Virus record (IMG/VR): IMGVR_UViG_3300036783_000127
Location: 1-34,686 of that record
Length of the DNA: 34,686 bases
Origin: a virus
Taxonomy: Duplodnaviria; Caudoviricetes
Reading direction: 5' to 3' (one strand)
Of this stretch, positions 10,118 through 19,930 are shown in pieces (within the stretch, counting starts at the first letter, position 1; each line of letters begins with the position of its first letter). Made by a program: the position numbers and the translations under genes. Below the pieces are notes generated by a model. The model ran no database searches and was not told where the DNA came from. It saw only the letters and a list, made by a program, of their open reading frames with translations.

Positions 10118-10814
10118 TCTGGTACCTCAGTGTCAACATTGTTCTCTCGCGCCACATGCCGCCGTAGGGAACGACTTCGCTCAGTTTGCCGTACATGTGG
10201 TGCAGCATTTTCCCGTCGCCCAGATAGATGCCTGCATGGTTGATTTCTTCTGCCTTGTACTGCATCAGGATCACATCCCCTACCTGCAGCTCGTCGGCGT
10301 GAGAATAAAATCCCGCTTCGGCATAGTGTTTTACGTAAAGGTTTTCGCCGCGCGTCCACCAGTTGTCGTCACGGTGAAAATCAGGCAATTCGATGCCCCG
10401 CTCCTGCTGATACCAGTCCCGGATGAGCCCGTAGCAATCCCAGCTGCCGTGTATAAAGGGCCGCTTGAGAATCGGCGGTGTATCTGCCGGTGTGGTCACC
10501 GTGTACTCACCGCCTGGCCACGACATGATCACCCAGGGCAATCCGGAGTCATGGCACGACTTCAGGTCGTCGGAGGAAGCGTGCGGCCCCGCATCCGGAT
10601 GTGAATGAACGATGGCCAGCACCTCCCCCATATCCTCCGCATCGGCCCAGGCCTGCGCAGATATCATGAAGTGCTCTGTGGGATTTTCGTGTGAATTACT
10701 GCAGGGGATGTACCGGCGCTGGCGCGTGGCGCGAATAATCAGGCCACAGCATTCATGGGGATAGGCTGCAGCAGCGTGTTTTTCAATGGCGCTAATAAGT
10801 CGCTGGCTCAGCAT
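10098..10814 (-). CDS. tail assembly protein K (JAB/MPN + NlpC/P60)
   Basis: ECCG, VHSHPD..S..D, DCYGLIRD, HAGIYLG. Confidence 0.94.
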   Translation of the reverse strand: MLSQRLISAIEKHAAAAYPHECCGLIIRATRQRRYIPCSNSHENPTEHFMISAQAWADAEDMGEVLAIVHSHPDAGPHASSDDLKSCHDSGLPWVIMSWPGGEYTVTTPADTPPILKRPFIHGSWDCYGLIRDWYQQERGIELPDFHRDDNWWTRGENLYVKHYAEAGFYSHADELQVGDVILMQYKAEEINHAGIYLGDGKMLHHMYGKLSEVVPYGGMWRERTMLTLRYQNGDEHS

Positions 10815-10816
10815 GA

Positions 10817-11566
10817 TTAAATCCTCGTGATCGCAATTGCCGGAAAACCGCCAAACGGCAGCTGCTCATCTTCCCCCCAGCGCAGCTTGCAGCCTGCGAC
10901 CGTTCCGGAGCAGACATCATCTGCAGGGTTATCAACCGGGTTGCCGAATTTGTCGAAATACTTCGTGCCGGTGTAACCGCAGTCCGCACCCCGATACTGG
11001 CCCTGCAGGCACCAGGCGCAGCGGCTGGTCATTTGCCTGGCCGGAACCTTCTGCCCTGTCACGTCAACAGGCGAGCTCAGCTTGAACTGGACGTCCGTTT
11101 CGTTATCTGCCGTTTTGCTGTCGATGTAAAACACCTCCAGCTGCTCGGCAGTCGGATCGGCTTGTGAGTTTCCGTCCGGGAAATTACTGGCATCGAGGTA
11201 ATGTGCATACGTTCGGTGGATGGTGACCTTGGCCTGCTTCATATCCTGAAAAAGGTGGCACAGCGCGGAGATCGAACCGTCCAGATTCCCAACGGATAAT
11301 TTTGGCGATACCGGCGTTCCGTCGCCGTTGGCTTCAATATCCTCAATCTGGCATGGCCAGAGATCATATCTGATGCCCTGCCAGTAAATCGGCTTACCCG
11401 GTAGTTTCGATTCATCATCACCGGCAGCGAGAATTTCTTCTTCTGTGTACGCCACTGCGTGGTTGTGGAAATAAAGAACATCGGCACCGAAGGCGGTACC
11501 ATCAACTTCAAACAGGACGATCTTGTTGCCGGGCTCGAGTTTTTGATCGTCAGCGGTTATCCCCAT
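10817..11566 (-). CDS. minor tail protein L
   Basis: Cys cluster CAW..YRGADCGY..C..CKLRW..FGGFP. Confidence 0.94.
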   Translation of the reverse strand: MGITADDQKLEPGNKIVLFEVDGTAFGADVLYFHNHAVAYTEEEILAAGDDESKLPGKPIYWQGIRYDLWPCQIEDIEANGDGTPVSPKLSVGNLDGSISALCHLFQDMKQAKVTIHRTYAHYLDASNFPDGNSQADPTAEQLEVFYIDSKTADNETDVQFKLSSPVDVTGQKVPARQMTSRCAWCLQGQYRGADCGYTGTKYFDKFGNPVDNPADDVCSGTVAGCKLRWGEDEQLPFGGFPAIAITRI

Positions 11567-11600
11567 AAAAACCTCTCATTAGGAGCACGGCCCCCATAAC

Positions 11601-11624
11601 AAAAAACCCCGCAATGCGGGGTTT
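11601..11624 (-). terminator. terminator after the moron gene
   Basis: AAACCCCGC/GCGGGGTTT stem with T-run. Confidence 0.75.
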
Positions 11625-11643
11625 CTAAGGTGCCTTTTAGACG

Positions 11644-12132
11644 TTATTTAATGGCTTGCAAATTTGTCTCAAGTAGCCTTTCAAATTTCTTGGCTAATTC
11701 AGAAGGCATTCCCGATTTTATTCTTTCAATATGTGGTGCGTTAGTGACCATAACGGAAAGCGCGGTATTATCTGGCATTTCTTTATGCAATTTTTCCGCA
11801 TAATGACGAACCGCATCCTCATTAAGAATAAAACTACCATCGGCCCTTTTCTCTACAAATTTGGATTCATGAACAGGAGATTCAGTGTCTGCTTTCACGT
11901 GTGGTAAGGCACTCTTGATAATCGCCTCTTTTAGCACACCACCAGACAAAAGAATTGCACCGGTGACCAGAAGTGAGCACCCGATAGAGACAGTCATCTG
12001 TCTGGAGGCAATCAGCCCCGTATTATATACGTTCATCTGAGCGCCTGAGCTCACCGTGACATCCATATCGAGGCCCATGATGATGCATATAACACCTAGA
12101 GCCAGAACTACAAAACCACATATTCTAAGCAT
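11644..12132 (-). CDS. moron: predicted two-TM membrane protein
   Basis: Two hydrophobic N-terminal segments; AT-richer than flanks; interrupts the M-L gene pair. Confidence 0.75.
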   Translation of the reverse strand: MLRICGFVVLALGVICIIMGLDMDVTVSSGAQMNVYNTGLIASRQMTVSIGCSLLVTGAILLSGGVLKEAIIKSALPHVKADTESPVHESKFVEKRADGSFILNEDAVRHYAEKLHKEMPDNTALSVMVTNAPHIERIKSGMPSELAKKFERLLETNLQAIK

Positions 12133-12193
12133 GACAACATTCCCTTATTTCAAAGAAAGCATCATAGCAAAATGATATTAATATCCCTCAGAT

Positions 12194-12541
12194 TTATATT
12201 GGCTCGGCCCGATATGCCGTCGCAAATGTGACTGTAATGGTCATACGCGCAAAATCAAGAGCCGTGACCTTCAGTTGCGATGCGCGGTAGAGACCAAGTT
12301 CACCCAACGGGTTGGTCCATTTGAATGCTTTGACTTCGCCATGCTCGCGCAAAAACTTGAGCACCGGCTTCATATCCTCATTCATACCGGTGAACGTTAA
12401 TGGCCATGACTGCGTCTCCGGGTTAATGCCCTCTCCGGTTACTGCCTCATAGCCATCGCCGTATTGTACGCTGCTGGTTCGGTACTTAAAGTCTCCCACG
12501 GGGCCATTACGCGGAGACCAGGTAAACGTCTGCAATGCCAT
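12194..12541 (-). CDS. minor (distal) tail protein M
   Basis: TFTW, YGDGYE, GIN, FLREHG...FKWTNP. Confidence 0.92.
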   Translation of the reverse strand: MALQTFTWSPRNGPVGDFKYRTSSVQYGDGYEAVTGEGINPETQSWPLTFTGMNEDMKPVLKFLREHGEVKAFKWTNPLGELGLYRASQLKVTALDFARMTITVTFATAYRAEPI

Positions 12542-15513
12542 CAGGCCGTCCTCATTTTGGTGTCAATCATGCCTCCGTTGGCCAGTTCGCGATCAAGCGT
12601 TTCAATAACAAACTGCTTAAGTCGGGCTTTGGTCTCGCTGGTCAGAAGCTCCTGGCTTTTTGAGGAAGGTTCCTGGCTCGCGCCGCCCTGCTGAATGACC
12701 TGCAGCGGAATAGTTAAAGAAAAATGGACGTTGCCCTGGCCAGCAGAGGGCTGCGAATACGAATCTCCGGATGGTTTTGCCACGCCACCACCGACCAGCC
12801 CCCCTTCGGCGTAGCCGTTGCCGTAAGTAAGCTGATTCAGGAAACTGAGCATGCCAGGCTTCTTGACCACAGATTGCGGAACCACCCATTCGCCACGGTG
12901 AACCACACCAGCGACGTCATGTTTTCCGCCGTCGCCGGTATAGCCCCCGTCAGCCCAACCGAACCAGCTGCTCACACCCAGCGCTGAAGCACCGGATTTG
13001 ATAGCGTTCAGCATCAGCATCTTCGTGATCATCTTGCCAATATCGTCGATAACGGATACGGCCAGCGATTTGAACTCTCCCTTTCCCTTCGACGCAACAT
13101 TCCAGAGGGCAGTACCCATGCCATCCATCGCGTTTATGGCAATGTCGCGAACCTGGGTGAACTGGTTTTCAGCGTTAACTCGCCAGTCCGTCAGCCCTTT
13201 TTTCATCCCGTCAAACGATGACCCTTCTACCTGCTTTTTCCGCTCTGCACCGCTACGGACAATCTCCAGCTGCTTCTGCTCTTCATCCCTCAGCACCTCA
13301 GTTTGTTTTCGGTACAGTTCGGAACTGTGATCGGCAATCGTTTTATCCTGCTCTTCCCGGAGCTTTGCAAAACGCTCCCGGACCTGCTGCTCTGCTACCA
13401 TCTGGTCATAGGCATCGGAGCTCATGGTCATCTGGGCGACACTGTTAGCATATTCCTGCTGCAGCTGCAGCGTTGAGCGATAAAGCTCCTGGTTCTGCTC
13501 CTGAATCTGAAGGCCGAGTTTGCGCTGCTGGTTGGCTTTATCCAGGCTGGCGTTAATCTCCAGCTGGTGCCGCAGCTCCGTTTCCTGCGCCAGAATACTG
13601 CGCTGGCCAGCGGTCAGGATGCGCTTCTCCTTGAGGTCCGCGATTTCCTGGTTGAACTGCGCCAGTTTCTTTTCCGACTGCGTCAGCGTCTCGGTCTGTT
13701 CGTTCTGGGAGCGCAGCGCGGCCTCTTCCTGCCGAAGCTGATTCAGGCGGGTTGTTGCAGCATCGTCGCTGTACGCCTTCTCGCGGGATTTTTTCTGCTC
13801 GGCATACATTTTGTCGATGCCGCGCATTGCCTGCGTGTATTCAGCCGTTCCTTTGGTAAAATTGGCATTAACAAGCGCAACGGCATCGGCCCGCTCTTTT
13901 TCACGCGATGTACCGGCTTTTAGAAGCCCTGAAAGCGTGTTTTCATCCTTCAGACGCTTTGAGATTTCTTCACGCTGCTTTTTCTGCGCCTGATACTGCT
14001 TTTCCGCCTCTTCACGCTGCTTGATTGCCGGGTCGGGAGTGGTATCGAGGTCAACGCCTGCACCCGCAGCCATCGCCTGCGCGGTGGCGATGTGCGCGTC
14101 TCCCATCGTTTTGAACGCATCTGCGACAAAATCTTTCAGCGATTTCCAGGCGCTTTTCAGCCCACCTACATTCGATTCCTGCTCCTTGAGTTTGGTATCA
14201 AGGTCATTCATCGCCGCCTGCTGCAGCAGCGCCGTTGCTTCAGAGGTTTTCCCCTGGCGCTCGAGCGTGACTATCTGGTCTATCATGCTGTCGTTCAGCA
14301 AAATCCCCTGGTCGGTCAGCTTTTGAAGCGCCTGCAGCGGATCGCCTTTCAGGCTCGACAGCAGCGACACGAGATCGTCGGAGCTCTGCCCGATTTCCTC
14401 CATTCGCGTGCCGAGGCTGGCGACCTGCTCCAGCATATTCCCGCCGAACCCCGCCGACACGGATGCCGTAACCGCCTTAACGGCGCGATCTGAATCACCG
14501 AGGATGGAGTTCAGGTTCTGCAGATACATCACCGACATAACGGACTGCTGTCCGGATTTCTGTAACGCCTGCGTATACCCTTTAATGACCGCTTCGCTGT
14601 TGGAGTAGGCCGAGTAAATCGCAGTCACCGCACCGGCAACGGCAATAACGGCCAGCCCGACAGGACCGCCGACCATCGCCATTGCGCCGCGCATCAGGCC
14701 TGCGCTGGCTGCAGCAGCTCGCTGGCCAAGAGATAACTCCTGGCTGGCCACGGCGAGCTGGCGCGTTGAGGTGGCCAGCTGCTGCTTCCCGGCAGACTCG
14801 GCGATATCAGCTGCCAGCACCGTTTTCGTCGCTTCTGCAAGACTGCCCTTCGCCTTCGCTTCAGCAAGATTCGCCTCCTGAATGGTTCGGGCGTTTTTAA
14901 CGTGCTCGGACTCATAGCTGACGGCCAGCCCGTACTGCTTGTTCACCTCGGCCTGTTTGGCAAAATGCTCATCGAGCGCAAAAGCGCGCTCGCGGTCGGC
15001 ACGGGCGGCTTCAATGGTCTTAACCGCGATGTTCTGCTTCTCGATAGCTTCAGCACGCAGCTGCCTGGCGTTCTCTATCGAGCCCTGCGCGGCGCTTATC
15101 TGCGCCTGGGTAAACTCAATCTGGGCCTGCCGCTGGGATTTCAGGCCCGTAATGCTGTTATCCAGCGCGGTGCTCATGCCCTCGCTGAGGGCCGAAACCA
15201 GCGCCGTGGTGATAGAACTTCCGGCAACGTTGCTGCCAGCTGAAATGTTGGCCAGCAGACCGCGCATTTCATCCAGCCCGGTCAGGCGCTTGTCGACCGT
15301 TTTGCCAAGCTTGTTAAAGTCGGCATCCAGCCCGGTAATCCCCTTGCCAAGCCCTTCAAACGACTGCCGGGTTTTCTGATTGTCCGTCTGGACTTTCCTG
15401 TTAAATTGCTGGGCGCTGCTGTCCGCCGTTCGCATAGCATCAGCAAACTGTGATTTAAAGCTGGCGGAGTTGAGATGCAGCGCGACAGCCAACGACGCAA
15501 CGTCAGCAGCCAT
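12541..15513 (-). CDS. tail tape measure protein
   Basis: 990 aa Ala/Gln-rich helical protein; ADGGYTGDGGK..AGVVHRGE C-terminal motif. Confidence 0.95.
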   Translation of the reverse strand: MAADVASLAVALHLNSASFKSQFADAMRTADSSAQQFNRKVQTDNQKTRQSFEGLGKGITGLDADFNKLGKTVDKRLTGLDEMRGLLANISAGSNVAGSSITTALVSALSEGMSTALDNSITGLKSQRQAQIEFTQAQISAAQGSIENARQLRAEAIEKQNIAVKTIEAARADRERAFALDEHFAKQAEVNKQYGLAVSYESEHVKNARTIQEANLAEAKAKGSLAEATKTVLAADIAESAGKQQLATSTRQLAVASQELSLGQRAAAASAGLMRGAMAMVGGPVGLAVIAVAGAVTAIYSAYSNSEAVIKGYTQALQKSGQQSVMSVMYLQNLNSILGDSDRAVKAVTASVSAGFGGNMLEQVASLGTRMEEIGQSSDDLVSLLSSLKGDPLQALQKLTDQGILLNDSMIDQIVTLERQGKTSEATALLQQAAMNDLDTKLKEQESNVGGLKSAWKSLKDFVADAFKTMGDAHIATAQAMAAGAGVDLDTTPDPAIKQREEAEKQYQAQKKQREEISKRLKDENTLSGLLKAGTSREKERADAVALVNANFTKGTAEYTQAMRGIDKMYAEQKKSREKAYSDDAATTRLNQLRQEEAALRSQNEQTETLTQSEKKLAQFNQEIADLKEKRILTAGQRSILAQETELRHQLEINASLDKANQQRKLGLQIQEQNQELYRSTLQLQQEYANSVAQMTMSSDAYDQMVAEQQVRERFAKLREEQDKTIADHSSELYRKQTEVLRDEEQKQLEIVRSGAERKKQVEGSSFDGMKKGLTDWRVNAENQFTQVRDIAINAMDGMGTALWNVASKGKGEFKSLAVSVIDDIGKMITKMLMLNAIKSGASALGVSSWFGWADGGYTGDGGKHDVAGVVHRGEWVVPQSVVKKPGMLSFLNQLTYGNGYAEGGLVGGGVAKPSGDSYSQPSAGQGNVHFSLTIPLQVIQQGGASQEPSSKSQELLTSETKARLKQFVIETLDRELANGGMIDTKMRTA

Positions 15514-15745
15514 GTCCTAATATCCTGAAGCAGTCAGCGAACTGCTGGGCGCTTTCAGATTGCGCAGCAGTCACCGGAGGAGAATGCACCGGCGCTGACG
15601 TTTCGGCCTCCGTTCTCAGGAGATCGAAATAGGCCTGCCAGTGGGTCAGTATGTTCGCCGGAAGCTCGGCTATTTTGCGGGGGTCCTTCTCGCCCCATCG
15701 GTCCGCCAGCGTGAACAGCAGCCTGAGATGGGACGAGTCGGTTAG
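15503..15745 (-). CDS. tail assembly chaperone T part, reached by -1 frameshift (G-T fusion)
   Basis: Open -1 frame LTDSSHLRLLFTLADRWGEKDPRKIAELPANILTHWQAYF...GHGC* with no ATG; slippery A AAA AAC at 15751-15745. Confidence 0.82.
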   Translation of the reverse strand, partial: LTDSSHLRLLFTLADRWGEKDPRKIAELPANILTHWQAYFDLLRTEAETSAPVHSPPVTAAQSESAQQFADCFRILGHGC

Positions 15746-16086
15746 TTTTTTGTGGCTTCCTCCAGCGTACCGTAAGAATGACGCTGAACGAGCGTGACCG
15801 CGTCGAGAAGATCGGCGTTCGCGTGGGAGGCCATCAGCTGGTCTGCGGTGGGAAGTTCGCTGGCTTTTGGCTTGCTGCCGTCTTCATTGACCAGCGCCGC
15901 CAGAAACAGGTTTACCCCCATCGCGGACAGCTCTCGCGACGGAAGCTTGGCCTGGCGTCCGGCTTCAACTTTGTCGTTATAGTCATCCAGCTCGGCGCTG
16001 GTCAGGCGGCGAAGATACACCTTCTGGCCGAGGAGCGTTTTTTCAACGGTGGTATTCAGTGGGTTGATAAGGGATTTGTAGTTCAT
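15742..16086 (-). CDS. tail assembly chaperone G
   Basis: 114 aa between major tail and tape measure genes, ends at slippery site. Confidence 0.85.
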   Translation of the reverse strand: MNYKSLINPLNTTVEKTLLGQKVYLRRLTSAELDDYNDKVEAGRQAKLPSRELSAMGVNLFLAALVNEDGSKPKASELPTADQLMASHANADLLDAVTLVQRHSYGTLEEATKN

Positions 16087-16109
16087 GGTTTTTGTCCTGT
16101 GTCATCAGT

Positions 16110-16134
16110 AAAAAGCCCCGCGACCGGCGCGGGG
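16110..16134 (-). terminator. terminator after major tail gene
   Basis: CCCCGCG/CGCGGGG stem with T-run. Confidence 0.7.
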
Positions 16135-16144
16135 AAATAGAAGG

Positions 16145-16618
16145 TTACTCGCCGCCACCGGCTGGCTGCTCAACGGACCATTTAACGCTGTTCTGCTTGC
16201 CGTAGACCTCAACCTGCAGCACTTTGCCTTTCGGCGTGTCAACGGCCTGCAGGCTCCAGCCAGCCAGCACCAGTTCGACTTCTGAAATGCGCTTGTTGGG
16301 GAACTTCATGAAGAAGACCACCGTTTTTTTCGCATCGGCATCGCTCAGCAGCGCTTCCTGCACGGTATCGGAAGGATCGTCAATGAAGACGAGCGTTTTG
16401 TCCTCCCCCTCGCCCATGTCGGCCATGTATTTCGGCTCTGTGTCGATGAGGCGCGTCACTTCGAGGAAGGTGCCTTTTTTCCCCGTGGCACCAATCCCCA
16501 TCGCGCTCTGCAGAAGCGCGGCGGTAGCAATGGTCGCGCCTTTCTGACCGTAGCGAACCTCGGTACCCGCAGGGAGCACCGCGTACTCTGACGGCGATTT
16601 GATTTCTTGATCTGCCAT
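16145..16618 (-). CDS. major tail tube protein
   Basis: Position before G/GT, 157 aa, LPAGTEV..G and EVTRLID motifs. Confidence 0.8.
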   Translation of the reverse strand: MADQEIKSPSEYAVLPAGTEVRYGQKGATIATAALLQSAMGIGATGKKGTFLEVTRLIDTEPKYMADMGEGEDKTLVFIDDPSDTVQEALLSDADAKKTVVFFMKFPNKRISEVELVLAGWSLQAVDTPKGKVLQVEVYGKQNSVKWSVEQPAGGGE

Positions 16619-16635
16619 TTACTCTCTCCTGATTG

Positions 16636-17046
16636 CTAACGCCCTTCGAGCCCCAGCCGGATTTCTGCGGCCAGCACTTTAAGGATTTTTTGAACGTTGT
16701 AGTCCATCGCCGGACGAATGAAGGGGGCGGCAACCTGTTTGACGGTACCGAACTCCTGCGCCAGCGCTTTCATGTGGTGAATTTTGCTGGGACCGACGCG
16801 CAGCGTAACGATGGTGTTATAGCGCGAGGTCTCTGCCACGTTGGTGCTGCGAATTTTGATGGAGTCGCGCATGTGCGGCCCGATGCTTTCCTCATCAAAA
16901 CCGGCGTGCTGCCGCATGTCCTGCTCGACAACAGCAAGCGCGGCGCGTCCGGCATCGCGCAGGAGTTTCACCCCGACTTTTTTGTCGATGCTTTCCAGCA
17001 GCCGGTCAAACTCCTTCCCGGTGGGGAATTTAATGTCCATCTGCAT
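16636..17046 (-). CDS. HK97 gp10-family tail component
   Basis: EFGTVKQVAAPFIRPAMD motif. Confidence 0.85.
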   Translation of the reverse strand: MQMDIKFPTGKEFDRLLESIDKKVGVKLLRDAGRAALAVVEQDMRQHAGFDEESIGPHMRDSIKIRSTNVAETSRYNTIVTLRVGPSKIHHMKALAQEFGTVKQVAAPFIRPAMDYNVQKILKVLAAEIRLGLEGR

Positions 17047-17051
17047 GGTGT

Positions 17052-17432
17052 TTACTCCGGAACGGTGAAGATGAAGTCGCGAACCAGCCGGTACTGGATG
17101 CGGTTGTTGGGAAGCGTGGTTTTCCCCTGCTGTATGCCTCCGCGCTCAACGTACTGGACGGGCTGACCTTCCAGCTGGCCATGAACAATTTCCTTCCATT
17201 CAGCCCAGAGCGCCCCGTCGAACTGAAGCAGCGACGTGTACCGGTCGACAACATAAAGCGAAAGCTGTATCCGGACCTCGGATAGCCCGGTCCGCCTCAG
17301 TCCGTCACCGACCTGCGGGTCGGAAATACGCTGGAACGTCGCACCTTCCTGCACCGTATCCGGAAGCAGCAGCGGGTACGAATCCAGCCCGGTGATCCGC
17401 TCGACGGCGGTTTTAATTGCTGACTCGATCAT
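17052..17432 (-). CDS. tail terminator / completion protein
   Basis: YPLLLP, TFQRIS, RIQLSLY; neck-region position. Confidence 0.75.
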   Translation of the reverse strand: MIESAIKTAVERITGLDSYPLLLPDTVQEGATFQRISDPQVGDGLRRTGLSEVRIQLSLYVVDRYTSLLQFDGALWAEWKEIVHGQLEGQPVQYVERGGIQQGKTTLPNNRIQYRLVRDFIFTVPE

Positions 17433-17754
17433 GGCGTGAATCCGCCTCTCCGGTGATGATTATCCGATCCGTCAGGCGCTCGACGTTGCGAACGGTATAT
17501 ACCCGGTCCGCTGTCGATACCTTCCAGTCCACGTCAACCTTACGCGGGTACAGCGTGAAGAGGCACGTTTCGACGACCTGCTGCTGGTCCAGCGTCCGGA
17601 CCTTCCGACCGGAGACCAGCTCCTTTTTGGACCAGGCCTTTCCGGCGCTCACCTCACGGGCCGGAAGCGTCTCGCCGAGCTCGCCGCGTTCTGTTTCCAC
17701 GTAGCTGAGTGTTATCCGGCAGTTCAGCTCGCCGGGGCGCAGGGGGTCACTCAT
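17413..17754 (-). CDS. head closure (head-tail adaptor) protein
   Basis: LRPGELNCRITL..GELGE..W motif. Confidence 0.82.
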   Translation of the reverse strand: MSDPLRPGELNCRITLSYVETERGELGETLPAREVSAGKAWSKKELVSGRKVRTLDQQQVVETCLFTLYPRKVDVDWKVSTADRVYTVRNVERLTDRIIITGEADSRHDRVSN

Positions 17755-18074
17755 ACGGTATGCTCCATTAGCGGGAACAGCAGGTACTCAACGCCCAAAT
17801 CGGACGGCGAACCTTCTGCCGTGCCGGTGGGATTCAGATACCACTGCGAGACCATCATCTTCGCGGCCAGCTTGATATCTTCATCAATGATGTAACCCGT
17901 CTCACCGTCAGGCAGTGCGTCAAGCTGCGCCTGGTTCTCTACCAGCCTGCAGTAGTAGCTGCGCTCGATGCTGCGCTGAGCCGCGTCAATCAGGCTGGTC
18001 AGCAGGCTGTTGTGCTCATCAAAATCCAGCTCGAGGCGCAGCTGGGTTTTGGCTTCAGCCAATGTCAGTATCAT
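17751..18074 (-). CDS. head-tail connector (HK97 gp6-like)
   Basis: LTLAEAKTQLRLE..LLTSLIDAA..IKLAAKMMVSQWY; likely start at 18074. Confidence 0.88.
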   Translation of the reverse strand: MILTLAEAKTQLRLELDFDEHNSLLTSLIDAAQRSIERSYYCRLVENQAQLDALPDGETGYIIDEDIKLAAKMMVSQWYLNPTGTAEGSPSDLGVEYLLFPLMEHTV

Positions 18075-18507
18075 GCGCGTCATCGTCCTTATTCGGTTGA
18101 AGGGCGCGTTCTGCATCTTTTGCCCAGACGGCGATATTTCGGTCCACCATGTCCTGAGCGACGGCGCTGTCAAAGCAGGCTACATCGCCACGGCTGTAGC
18201 GGCTGAACGGACCAAGGAACGTCACCGCGACGCGCCCGTTTTGTACCGAAGCGACTTTTCCAGTCAGTTTTGACATGCGTTCCTCTGGGGTTTCGTCCTG
18301 TTTTGCATCACCACCTGAATCCGTATCGTCGCCGTCCGGACCGGGTTCGGTACCATCACCGTCACCACCGGCTTCGCCTGCAGAACCGGTGTTAACGTCT
18401 GGTGTCGGTGCTGAAGTATCAGCTGCAGCTGCAGTCGTTACCGCTGGCTCGGCGCTGGTGTCGGTGGCGGTATCGTCTTTCTGAGTGTTTTTGGTTTTAG
18501 GAGCCAT
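18055..18507 (-). CDS. acidic, largely disordered head-associated protein
   Basis: D/T/G/A-rich N-terminal half, compact C-terminus; between capsid and connector. Confidence 0.7.
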   Translation of the reverse strand: MAPKTKNTQKDDTATDTSAEPAVTTAAAADTSAPTPDVNTGSAGEAGGDGDGTEPGPDGDDTDSGGDAKQDETPEERMSKLTGKVASVQNGRVAVTFLGPFSRYSRGDVACFDSAVAQDMVDRNIAVWAKDAERALQPNKDDDAHDTDIG

Positions 18508-18520
18508 GATGTTCACCTGT

Positions 18521-18544
18521 AAAAAAGCCCGCGCGTGGCGGGCT
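18521..18544 (-). terminator. terminator after capsid gene
   Basis: AGCCCGC/GCGGGCT stem with T6. Confidence 0.75.
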
Positions 18545-18566
18545 GTTAATCACGATTGTCGGAGTA

Positions 18567-19862
18567 TTACCAGGTAACGCCGGTACCCAGCGCCAGGCCT
18601 TCGATATGGCGGAAGCCGATATCGTGCTCCATGATGACGCGGATCAGGGACTGGTTACGCGCGAACGCGGAAACGGTGTTCCCGTCTGCATCGATGTAGG
18701 TCGCCTCGCGGGAGAAATCGACCACCATTGCGCCGTCTTCACCAATCAGTACATCGTTGAAGTCAGCAAAGTAAATCTCAGACTCCTTGCCGCCCGTGCC
18801 CAGGTTCGCCGGAATAGCCGAGGTGCGCTCAATCGGATAGCCTTTCAGCATACCCGCTGCCATTTCCGGATAAACCTTGTTGCCGTTCCCGTCGCGCAGG
18901 CCGAAGAGCTTCATGTAGGTGCGGTTGGACATACCCCAGCCGCACTTCAGCATGTTGCTGTTACCGTCCATCGCCATGAGGATCAGCGCATCAAGGTAGG
19001 TATCGATGGTCTGCAGGTTCACTTCGTCATCTGCAACCCACGCATGCGTGCGGCTACCCGCCGTGGCCACGGCCTTCATCCCTTTCGGGGTGTCGTTGGT
19101 GCCGTCATCGCGGAGGAACGCCTTATCTTCACGGGTGGAAATGCCGCTGATGATGTCGTCTAAAATCAGCTGCTCGACGTTGAAGCCGCCGCGTCCAATC
19201 AGCTGGTTGGAAATTGGCACCATGGTGATCAGCGTTTTGGCGTTCAGTTTGACGTCATCGAAGGTCGCACCGCTCGCCTTCACATCCTTGCCTTCACCGA
19301 CATAGCTTGCCGTTGAGCCGCTGGCCAGTCGCGGGATCGCCAGATTACCGTTCGGCAGCGGGATGCTTCGCGCCCCGAGCTTACGCACGATGGTGCGGTC
19401 GCGCAGGAGCTCAATCACCTCGTTCTGCATGTTCTGCGGAACGAGCGCGCCACCGGAATTGGCAGCTGTGCTGATCGCCATCGACAGCCCCTGATCGTTC
19501 AGGTCTTCCGCAGCGAACGCGGCGGCCTGCTGCAGGTCGCCCTTACCTGCCGCGATGGCCATCACCATGCGGGTCATGCCTGCACCTTTATACTGTGGCG
19601 GTTCGGCTTTCACATGCACTGCCGGTGCGTTACGACCGTTCTGCGCAGCCTTCACCGGAACCGCCGTGGTGGCGGCGAGGCGTTCTGCCGCTTCCAGACG
19701 CTCAATGGACGCCGAAAGCTCATCAAACTGAGCCTGAAGGCCAGTGAATTGCTCCAGCTGCTCCGCGCTCAGCGTGCCGCCGTTCATTTCAATCTGTGCC
19801 AGGACCTGAACCTGAGTGTTAATACCCGCACGCTGGCGACGCAGTTCTTCGATTTTGTTCAT
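18567..19862 (-). CDS. major capsid protein, HK97 fold
   Basis: Coiled-coil delta domain, GGALVP..EVIELLR, AFLRDDGT..PKG. Confidence 0.95.
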   Translation of the reverse strand: MNKIEELRRQRAGINTQVQVLAQIEMNGGTLSAEQLEQFTGLQAQFDELSASIERLEAAERLAATTAVPVKAAQNGRNAPAVHVKAEPPQYKGAGMTRMVMAIAAGKGDLQQAAAFAAEDLNDQGLSMAISTAANSGGALVPQNMQNEVIELLRDRTIVRKLGARSIPLPNGNLAIPRLASGSTASYVGEGKDVKASGATFDDVKLNAKTLITMVPISNQLIGRGGFNVEQLILDDIISGISTREDKAFLRDDGTNDTPKGMKAVATAGSRTHAWVADDEVNLQTIDTYLDALILMAMDGNSNMLKCGWGMSNRTYMKLFGLRDGNGNKVYPEMAAGMLKGYPIERTSAIPANLGTGGKESEIYFADFNDVLIGEDGAMVVDFSREATYIDADGNTVSAFARNQSLIRVIMEHDIGFRHIEGLALGTGVTW

Positions 19863-19884
19863 CGTTTTTCTCTCTTTTACGCAT

Positions 19885-19909
19885 AAAAAAAGCAGCCATC
19901 TGGCTGCTT
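19885..19909 (-). terminator. terminator between protease and capsid genes
   Basis: AAGCAGCCA/TGGCTGCTT stem with T-run. Confidence 0.7.
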
Positions 19910-19930
19910 ACGGTGACGCTTCGCGTCGGG

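Noticed and set aside
17751-18173. Longer 140-aa start for the head-tail connector (and similarly extended starts for umuD, fibre, DUF968 and the bacteriocin)
   Set aside because: Extensions overlap upstream genes or promoters; internal ATGs fit RBS and family N-termini better
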